From NCBI GenBank assembly GCA_951406725.2, contig OX597835.1:37510001-37574000 (forward strand): a DNA stretch of 64,000 nucleotides. The letters are read 5' to 3'. Of the stretch, positions 53,678-64,000 are shown in pieces. A program made the translations under genes and the position numbers. The stretch comes from Octopus vulgaris (taxonomy: Eukaryota). Every line of letters starts with the position of its first letter. The stretch's first letter is position 1. A model generated the notes under the pieces. That model was not told the origin of the DNA. It did not search any database and saw only the letters and a program-made list of their open reading frames with translations.

Positions 53678-55597
53678 AGTTAGTTAGTTAGTTAGTTAAT
53701 TTGGCTCAAAAGCAAATAGCAAGGCCATGTAGGGGGACATGGAGTTAAGTACAGGGTGGTGTTCATGTAAAGAGTTCAGGCCACTTGAGGTCAAGGGAGG
53801 CTTTGAACAAAGCGGTCGTCGGCATCTTCACCATCTCGTCTGGCAGCTTGTTCCATGGATCCGCAACCCGGACGGAGAAAGCTCCTCTCCTTCGATTGAG
53901 ATGAAATCGTCGCAGGTAGAGCTTTTCGGAATGACCCCGCAGCCGACGCTCTGGAGCATTAGTGAAGAACAGCTCTTTCGAGAGGTTACACTTTCCGCTT
54001 ATGATGTTGTGGGCGAGAATGAGATCACCACGGTCGAGCGTACTCAGCCTTTCTTCATAGGACAAATTTTTGAGACCATGAACCATGCGGGTAGCCAGCT
54101 TCTGGACTCTTTCGAGATGCTGTATGTCTTTGAGGAGATAAGGAGAAGAGGCTTGAATCCCGTACTCCAATATGGGTCTCACCAGCGTGACATAGAGTGG
54201 TAGGAATATGGCTGCTGTGAGCATTCCGAATGACCATCGAATCAAGAACAGAATTCCACGTGCTTTGTTGGCAGCATGGATGCACTGGGCCGAAGGCGAA
54301 AAGGAGGAATCCACCAAGATACCCAGGTCCTTTACCTGATCGGTCCTCTCCAGCAATAGACGACCCGGCTTGAAATCAAGTTGAGTTGCAGGAGGAGAGC
54401 CAACAGGCAGATGACAGCACTTTGACACGTTCAGACACAGGTCCCATTCGTTAGACCACCTCCAAATTTGGTGGAGGCATCGACGAAGATCCTCTATATC
54501 ACCACGAGGAGCGACCAGTTTGACATCGTCGGCAAATAGAAGGGTGTGTTGCGTGAGGTCGTCGGGCAAGTCATTTATGAAAACTAAGAACAATAAGAGC
54601 CCAAGCACTGAACCTTGAGGCACGCCACTACTCGCACTGGAGACGTTGGACCATGAACCATTAACTTGGACTTGGAAGGAGCGATCTGAGAGGAAGGCAC
54701 CAACCCATCGTACAATATCCGGATGGAAACTATATGCTTCAAGCTTGACAAGTAATAGGCGGTGGTTTACCTAGTCAAAAGCTTTGGCAAAGTCCAATAA
54801 AACGATGTCAACAGCATCACTATCATCAAGGATGCGCGTCACCAATTCTTCCATTACCAGTAAGTTGGTCAAGCATGATCTCTTCGGCACGAAGCCGTGT
54901 TGGGAATCAGAGATAGAGGCTGTGTTTTGGAGGTGGAGCATCATACTTTTCTTAAGAATGGTTTCGAACATCTTGCTGATTATTGATGTAAGGGAAACCG
55001 GTCGGTAGTTAAGCGGGTCTTCGCGGCTCCCTTTCTTGAAAATTGGGCAGATTATCGCTGTTCTCCAGTCCGCAGGTATAACACCCAACGCCAATGACAT
55101 ATTGAATAGACGTGTTAAGGGCTCGCAGATGACCGGAGCCAATGCTTTGATAACCCGTGGGTGTATGCCGTCAGGGCCGTGACCCTTGTTGACATCGAGG
55201 CCTTGAATAACACGTTTGACTTCGTCCCGTGTGATGACCAATCGAAGCATTGGAGGTACCGATCTATCAGATGGAGGGGGTTCATGACCATCATCTTGTT
55301 TGAAAATAGTTGAAAAAGCCTCGGCAAATAATTGACTCTGTTGATAAGGGTCCTCAATCGATACGCCTGTTGAGTCTACCAACGTTGCAATCTGGTTGTT
55401 CAAGCGGGAATTCCATTGGACATGGGCAAAGAAGGTTTTTGGATTGCTACTGGCATTTGCCACGATTTTGTATTCATAACTGAAGCGTTCTTCCTTTTCA
55501 ATTTTCACGGCTCGGTCTCGTTGAGTTTTGTACACCTCAAAAGCTGCAGTCGAATCCAGATTTTTGAATTCAGCCCAAGCAATATCTCTGAGTCGAA
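53678..55597 (-). mobile_element. 5'-truncated CR1-group LINE with near-intact RT domain
   Basis: GPDGIHPRV, NYRPVSLTS, QHGF, LDFAKAFD* (stop at 54771), PQGSVLG, LFADD, LEYG; (TAAC)n 3' tail. Confidence 0.95.
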
Positions 55598-55625
55598 GTA
55601 TAAACAGTAACTGCATGACAATGTG

Positions 55626-55801
55626 AGGTATATTTGCCATCTCAATATGGCTAACCACTAAGGATGGGTGTTACTGTAGCTTGTAGCCTCAGGAGAGAAA
55701 GTGTGCCTAAAGCCAGCTGGAGGAGATGTTCTCCTGGGGGCTACAAGCTACGGTAACACCCACCCTTAGTGGTTAGCCATATTGAGATGGCAAATATACC
55801 T
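55626..55801. repeat. 176-bp hairpin element (about 70-bp arms)
   Basis: aggtatatttgccatctcaatatggctaacc... / ...ggttagccatattgagatggcaaatatacct. Confidence 0.88.
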
Positions 55802-56298
55802 ATGTTAACTTTTATTTGTGAAATACAGTTGTTTTGAATCTGCTGCAGAACATGGTCTATGTTTGTGGTGGTGAGTTTATTGGAGAGGGGTGGCGCTTAG
55901 GATATGGCCTGAGTGCCAAGTTGGTGGCGGCCTAAAAAGGTTTGGTAACCATTAAAATAAATGCTAGGAACATTTTTAGTGGCGTGCTGGAGGAGGTTTC
56001 TGTGATGCATTTTTTCCATTGCATCTATAAAGGTAACAAGACCCCAAGTGCCAGGACCTTATTTTTATGCTTATTAATTTAAAAAAAAATTTTAGAGATA
56101 CTGAAGAAATTAATTTTTATACTGTGTAATTTTTACATAGGAGTGGCTGTGTGGTAAGTAGCTTGCTTACCAACCACATGGTTCTAGGTTCAGTCCCACT
56201 GCATGGCACTTTGGGCAAGTGTCTTCTACTATGGCCTCGGGCCGATCAAAGCCTTGTGAGTGGATTTGGTAGATGGAAACTGAAAGAAGCCTGTCGTA

Positions 56299-56343
<45 letters not shown>

Positions 56344-56366
56344 ATGTATATATATATACATATGTA

Positions 56367-56397
<31 letters not shown>

Positions 56398-57034
56398 ATG
56401 TATATATATGTATATATGTATATGTATATATATGTATATATGTATATGTATATATATGTATATATGTATATATGTATATGTATATATGTATATCGTATAT
56501 ATGTATATACTCGTATATATGTATATACTCGTATATATGTATATGTATATACTTACAAAGTGCGTGCAAGCTGTGTTTTCGAAAAGACTGTATAATGATT
56601 GAATTTGAAGAAGGAAACACAGATGAAGATTATGACGATTACTTTAAGACAATTTCAAAGTTAACGGAAACTGCTAACATGATTTTGCTTGATACAGTTG
56701 CTCCCTAATTGCTTTCCAATATCAACAAGTTTATCATAATACTGCTGTGGAGATTTAAATATATGATACGCAGCAAGGTGGGTTTGGGTGTGGTGTGATA
56801 TGATGTGGCATTGTGTGATAAGCATGAAAATAGATTAGATACATACACATACACACACACACACACAAGTATATGTGTATATGTCTGTATGTATACACAC
56901 AATTATAAATATAAATATATGCATATGTAGATATGTCTGTGTGTATGTATTATACATATATATGTTTGTATATATCTGTGTATATATCCATATATCTATA
57001 TCTATACAAATACATACATACATGCATACATACG

Positions 57035-57111
<77 letters not shown>

Positions 57112-57332
57112 CTCATACACAATGGAATATGGATGTTAAATGATGATGATGATGAGGAGGAGATATACATACATATATATATATACATACACATACATGT
57201 GTGTATATACATATAAGTTCATGCATGCACATGTAGCTGTGTGTGTGTGTGTGTTTATGTTTTATAAATACAGTTACACAAACACATATATACAAAAAAA
57301 TATATATTTATATATATATACATATATATGTA

Positions 57333-57376
<44 letters not shown>

Positions 57377-57659
57377 GAAAGGCAAATATATTTAAATGCA
57401 GTTTAAACAATATGTATATATTTATTTTATAATTCTTGTTTATTTTGTTGTTGTTGCTGCCAATATTTCTCTTGGAGATTCTTTTATATCTGAAACAAAA
57501 AGGAAACAAGTATTCAAAATATATAAAAAAAAAATGCAAAATGAATGAAAAGACAAAAATAATATAAATGATGCAACAATTGAAAGACAAAACCAAAAAA
57601 AAACAGATAATATTAATATTAAATAAATTGACATTATTGTTATTGGGACTATAATCGTC

Positions 57660-57892
57660 ACAGTTGTGATCATCACCATTATCGTCATCATCACCACTAC
57701 CATCATCATCATCATCACTTCTGTCATCACTACCACCATCACCACCACCATCATCATCATCAACACTTCTATCATCACTACCACCATCACTACCATCATC
57801 ATCATCATCATCATCATCATTGTTTACATCATTGTCATTGTCATCGTTGTTATTGTCATTATCATCATCATCATCATCATCACCATCACTAC

Positions 57893-57924
<32 letters not shown>

Positions 57925-57937
57925 CCATCACCACCAC

Positions 57938-57990
<53 letters not shown>

Positions 57991-57992
57991 AC

Positions 57993-58040
<48 letters not shown>

Positions 58041-58320
58041 TACATCATTGTCGTTGTCATCGTTGTTATTGTCATCATCATCATCATCATTGTCATAGTT
58101 GTTGTCCTCCTTTACCTCCCCCACCTCGTCGTCGTCGTTGTTATTGCCATTATTGTTGTTGTAGTTGTTCTCTCATCATCAGCATCATCACCCACAGTGT
58201 TGTCATCTTCATCATCATTATCAGTATTTGCATCATCTTCATTATCTTTGTCATCCACAATGCCACAGTCATCATCATCACCATCATCTCTATCATCATC
58301 ATCATCATCATCAAATCATC
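57660..58320. repeat. (ATC)n-type trinucleotide array
   Basis: Seen directly. Confidence 0.92.
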
Positions 58321-58869
58321 ATTTCTTTTCACAATTCTCTAAATGAACATTTATCTTCAATATATTAAATTTAAACTTCAAGTATACCACACACACACAC
58401 ACACACAGACACACATATACACACAGACACACATACACACACAGATACACATACACACACAGACACACACACACACACACACTCACACACTCTGAATCAC
58501 CAGCACAATATTATCTATAATTTCAATTGTATATATGTATGAATGTATATATATATGTGTGTATGCATGATGTACATATATATATATATATACTTACATA
58601 GACACACGCATACATGTATTTATGCACAGGCACACACATATACACACATATATTTGTACATGTGTTGATAGACACGCACACACACACACACACACACTGT
58701 ACACACATCGTTATAAATGCAGCTTGCTACATATGTAAATATTGTATGCATATACAATTTTTAAATAGATGTATATGTGAATATTGAAACACATAAAGCA
58801 ATCTTGAAATATATATCAATACACACACATACACCTACTCACACACACACATATGGTTATTTGAATCTC

Positions 58870-58911
<42 letters not shown>

Positions 58912-58916
58912 CATAC

Positions 58917-58953
<37 letters not shown>

Positions 58954-58966
58954 TACATCCATACAT

Positions 58967-59009
<43 letters not shown>

Positions 59010-59138
59010 CATACACATATATATATATATATATATACATATATACATCCATACATACACATATATATATATATATATACATATATACATCCATACATAC
59101 ACATATATATATATATATATATATACATATATACATCC

Positions 59139-59182
<44 letters not shown>

Positions 59183-59877
59183 ATGTGTATATGTCTATGT
59201 GCATGAATACATGAGAGGGAGGTTATGAGAGTGTGTGTGTGTGAATAAACACACTTCGTCCATAATTTTTGTCTTTGAAGAGAACAAAGGAAGAATTCTT
59301 TGTTCAATGCCTTTTTTCTGTATTATTTATTTCCTCGTTTCTGTTTTTGTTGATATCATTTCGTGAAAGAACAAAGAATGGCAGATTTTGGATTGGTAGA
59401 ATCGATAGATCTGTGGACGAAATATTTCATAGGTGTGGCAATGAGTTGCAAGTGTGGAAGTGTTGGTGCAAAGCTTGCTTCCTAGCCATGTGGTCTTGAG
59501 TTCAGACCCACTGCGTGATGCATTTTCCAACTTGCTTCTCCTATAACTCCAAACCAACCAAAAACCTTGTGAGTGAATTTGGTAGAGGCAAACTGAAAAG
59601 GAGGCTGTCATATACATACATACGCACATATGTACATACATATATACAAGAATGCATACATACATATATACATATACGCATACTTACATATATACAGTCA
59701 TTTATACATACATCATTCCAAAGATGGAGCCTTGTATCTTTGTAGGAAACCAGCTCCCTCCTCAGTGGAAGATTTATAATAATTTTAAAAATAGAAGAGA
59801 TATACAGTCATACATACATAGATATATACATACATACATACATACATACATATATCGTCATTCAAACATTCATACAT

Positions 59878-60432
59878 GGTGGCTGCCCCCTCGTTATCGA
59901 GTATGGCCATTGCACGAAGCTTAATCAATGTTGCTATCATGCAATGCCTGTGCAAGATTTTTTTTAAAGTGAGGAAAGGCTGTGCACCGAGTCAATCCCA
60001 CTCACTAAGCAACAGCAGCCATAATCCGAAAAGAAGAACAAGTCAACATCATCGGTAACCACTGAGCCGCAGGTTTTATGTCGGAGTTATCCCAGTTACC
60101 TGAGTTACCTTCTCCTAGAAGGATGCCCTAACAAAGGCTAGAAGTCCTTCACTCCCAATGGTTAAACCGTGCGATCGGGTATTCAGTCCGATTATTTCTA
60201 TGTCCCTGTGCATGATACAGCCTCAAGACATTTATTGGATGGCTGTTGACTCTCAAGAGTTCCTCCGCCCCTTTGACGTGTTTTGTTTTTCATCCCACAG
60301 GGTGTCCAATAAACACCCTCTTCACCAAGCAAGCTTGGTGGGATTGCCGGTTTAGTCGCCGATGACCCGACCATGCAACAGGTTGTCCTCGGTTACATGT
60401 TACCAGTTGCACTCGAAAGTGACCTGACCTGA
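59878..60432. mobile_element. Unclassified retro-element fragment inserted in (TACA)n, possibly RTE 5'UTR-derived
   Basis: GC-richer block bounded by atacat repeats; ccttctcctagaaggatgcc resembles RTE-UTR sequence (weak). Confidence 0.4.
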
Positions 60433-60474
60433 TACATACATACATACATACATACATACATACATACATACATA

Positions 60475-60845
60475 AGAGAAACTGTATAGAGTTGTGGAAA
60501 TCAGCTTCTCAGTGGAGGTTAAGATAAAGCTAAAGATTAGCGAAAAAGAAAATACCTGCGCTAGACTATTGAGGAATCTATAACTACTCTATCCAAATTA
60601 CATGTTCAGGTTTATACCTGTAATTATTGGGGCGCTGGGATATGTAATACACTGCCTAAATAGCAATCTTGAGAAATTAGGCTTCTCAAAACCAGAAAGG
60701 AGAAAGCTGATTTGAAGACTAGAAATCGAAGCCATCAGTGGAACTGTAAAACTCTGTAAAACTTTCCAGAAGTTTATCATTTAAGTATATGTGAGTATAT
60801 CTTGATATGCAAGTATATGCATGAGAATACATACTTAAAATATAA
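60475..60845 (+). mobile_element. REL-type non-LTR 3' end, same family as 25880-26540
   Basis: Reverse-complement homology to 25880-26240 (FRFIPVIIGALGYV...KTFQKFII). Confidence 0.85.
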
Positions 60846-60924
60846 CATACACACACATGCATGTATGTATGTAAGTATAAATATATGTATATATATATAT
60901 GTATATATATATGTGTGTGTGTGT

Positions 60925-61240
60925 AGGCACGTGGCTTAGTGGTTAGGGCATTCTGCTCATGATCGTAGGGTCGTGAGTTCAATTCCCAGTGACACATATC
61001 CTTAAGTAAAACACTTTATCTCACATTGCTCCAGTCCACTCAGCTGGCAAAAATGAGTTGTACCTGTATTTCAAAGGGCCAGCCTTGTCATACTCTGTGT
61101 AACGCTGAATCTCCCTGAGAACTACGTTAAGGATACCCGTGTCTGTGGAGTGCCCAGCCACTTGCACGTTAATTTCACGAGCAAGCTGTTCCATTGATCA
61201 TATCAGCTGGGACCCTCATCGCCATAACCGATGGAGCGCT
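60925..61240 (+). mobile_element. tRNA-derived SINE family C
   Basis: A box tggcttagtgg, B box gagttcaattcc. Confidence 0.85.
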
Positions 61241-62769
61241 CCTATATATATGTGTGTATGTATAAATATGAGAAAATTAAGATAAACACAAGTATGGATT
61301 ATTAGATCCAACATATGTTTCACCATTGCAGTTATTTGGAATGTAACACTGGATTGCAATGGTGAAATGCTGCTTGTGAGAAGTAAATATTTATATTGGT
61401 GCTTATCTTGATATCCACTTTGTAGTCTCTTTATCTAATTACTAGCACTATGACCTGGCAATGCTGGGTCATAGTGCTAGTGCATGCATATACAGCTGCG
61501 TGTGTGTGCACATACACGCGAGTACTGTCCAAATCTCTGACCAATCACATACAGCTAGCTGGCATTCAATTGGAGTATCAAGTTTTGGGCATTTTGATTC
61601 GGTTTTGGATAGAAAATTCACAAAAAAAGTCACTTCTATTGATTTTTTAATGGCTTACGGGGTGACTGGGGAAATGTAAAGATGTGCACAACCACCCTTG
61701 GACGGTTTTGAATGACCATAGAAAGTGTGAGCTCTCTAACTGAAAAATTGTGGATTTGTATAAAGGACACACACGCACACACAGACAGACATTTTGCTGT
61801 TTATATATACAGAGATTAGTTATTCTACTAAGTACAGTACTGGACTGACCACTTCTCTGGAAGTTGGACAACTATTGATAATCTGTGGATATTGTGAATT
61901 TAACTTATGTTGTAATAGTAGACACAAGCTATATATATGTGTGTGTGTGTGTGTGTTATTGCCTCGACATCAGGCAATGGTTGTAAATGAGTTTCACTGT
62001 CGTGTAAGCCAGGCAGGTTGTTTCCAGTTTTCAGTGAAAAGCGTGTCTAACCATAGGGAAATATTTATCTTGTTTGGAAACAGGTGAGGGTTGTTGACAG
62101 GAAGGGCATCCAGCTGTAGAAAATCAGCATCGATAAACTCCATTTAACTCATACAAGCAAGCATGGAAAAGTAAATGTTAAAATGATGACGATAATGATG
62201 GGGGTGGGATGGTGATGATAATAATGGTGATGATGATGATGACAATGATGATGGTGGTGGTGGTGGTGGTGGTGGTGGTGGTGGTGATGATGGAGGTGAT
62301 GTTGATGGTGATGTTGATGGTGATGATCATGGTGATGGAGGTGGTGGCAGTGGTGATGATGATGATGGAGATGATGATGATGATGGCGATAATGATGTTG
62401 AAGATAATGATGACGTAGATGATGATGATGATGATGATGATTCTACTTCTCCTTCCATTTCCTTTCATTTATGATTTCAAATTTTAGCAGAGGTCACTGT
62501 TTTGCCTTTCATCCTTCTCCAGGTGCACAAGATAAGTACCTAATCAAGTATTTGTACTTTCCCCAATCAAACGTAGCCTTCCTCTAAAAGCGGTCTTATC
62601 TGTGTTTAGCAAGCAATTATTACACGTGAATGCATTTATCTCTAAAGTGTGATTTTAGTTATTTTCATGAGTTATTATATTTACAAACAAATAACGATGT
62701 TCCTTAATCATGTATACACGTACGTGTGTAATTATGTACTTGTGTATGTGTGCATGTATGTGTACATGT

Positions 62770-63026
62770 ATGTGTACATCTATCTACCTATCTATCTATC
62801 TACCTATCTATCTATCTATCTGTCTGTCTGTTTGTCTGCCCGTCTACTTGTCTGCCTATCTGTCTGTCTATCTGCCTATCTATCTACGTGTTTATATATC
62901 TGTCTATCTGTTGGTCTGTGTACCTACCTATCTACCTTCCTATTTATCTATCTATCTGTCTGTCTGTCTATCTGTCTGTCTATCTGCCTGTTTGTCTACT
63001 TACCAACCTGTTTGTCTGTCTCTCTG

Positions 63027-63095
<69 letters not shown>

Positions 63096-63440
63096 TTATC
63101 TATCTATTGGTCTATCTATTTATCTATCTATTGGTCTATCTATTTATCTATCTATTGGTCTATCTATTTATCTATCAGTTGGTCTATCTATTTATCTATC
63201 TATCTATCTATCTATCTATCGGTCTATCTATTTATCTATCTATCAGTCTATCTATTTATCTGTCTGTCTGTCTATTTATCTATCTATTGGTCCATCTATC
63301 TATCTGTTGGTCTGTCTATTTATCTCTCTCTGTCTGTCTATCTATTTATTTATTGATCTATCTATCTATCTCTATTTATCTCTATCTGTCTATCTCTATC
63401 TATCTAATCTATCTCTAATCTATCTATCTGTCTGTCAGTC
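62770..63440. repeat. (TCTA)n/(TCTG)n array
   Basis: Seen directly. Confidence 0.92.
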
Positions 63441-64000
63441 AGTCCATCATCCCAGTTCATTCCCTGCGTCTGAAAGTTCAGCTCTAACTTTAAGCTCTTT
63501 TCTCTGAGACGGCATCGTAGTACAGCACATCATTAATAATTGCAGAATCAGTTCCAAACATAATCATTCAAGAGCTCAATAACCCAGCAGTCACATTTTA
63601 AGTCTTTGAATTTGTTCCACAATCATGGCTATTTGCAGTGTTTGCCTGTATATACGTTATGCTCTTACGAACATAATGCACAGAGCAAATGCTTCAACAA
63701 GGATCACGCAGTGGAACAAGAATGACAATTGCTAACCTATACGAGACCTGAATAGAAGAAGCTGAGCTGATTAATAATTTACGATTGGGGATCAAAGGTG
63801 TGATTTCCATGGATCAAACTCTACCTGAGATGATGCCAGTTTGCTTTTCGTTTTCAGAGGGCGGGAGAGAGGGAGAGAGACAGTGAGAGATCGGTTTCTA
63901 ATGTGTTTAGCATTTTCAATAAGAATAAACAAGGCTTAAAGGACAAACATTTAAAGGAAAAGTGAGTTAGTTTTTTCCCCTGTTGCACTACACACACACA

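Larger units (their letters stand above)
53515..55954. mobile_element. hAT/Charlie-like MITE split by later insertions
   Basis: Ends cagtagttcccaaag and gtttggtaaccatta resemble CAGTGGTTCCCAAA TIRs; no TSD seen. Confidence 0.5.

Noticed and set aside
57255-58346. Long poly-Asp/poly-Ile/poly-Ser/poly-Met ORFs
   Set aside because: They are translations of an (ATC)n microsatellite, open in several frames on both strands.
59878-59960. HDV-like ribozyme in a putative RTE UTR
   Set aside because: Only one hairpin (cattgca/tgcaatg) was found; the nested double pseudoknot could not be built by eye.

Overview
Eukaryotic, gene-poor, repeat-dominated DNA. It is very AT-rich with dense (TA)n/(CA)n/(TCTA)n/(ATC)n microsatellites; the repeat complement suggests a cephalopod (octopus-like) intron or intergenic region, which is an inference. 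No host protein-coding gene can be supported, and almost all listed ORFs are microsatellite or SINE artefacts. Recognisable content: at least five SINE-like families, a full-length decayed mariner, other Tc1/mariner, pogo and hAT relics, several MITEs, CR1-group, REL-type and RTE-type LINE fragments, and a Penelope-like RT fragment. The most interesting signal is a set of three minimal hammerhead-ribozyme-like motifs next to microsatellites. Their cores show three alternative 3-8 base pairs (G3-C8, U3-A8, C3-G8), and the best one lies in a 284-bp fold-back element. Also notable are several near-perfect fold-back palindromes, a SINE/LINE shared 3' tail, nested insertions and locally templated insertions. 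All calls were made by eye, so coordinates of degenerate repeats are approximate.
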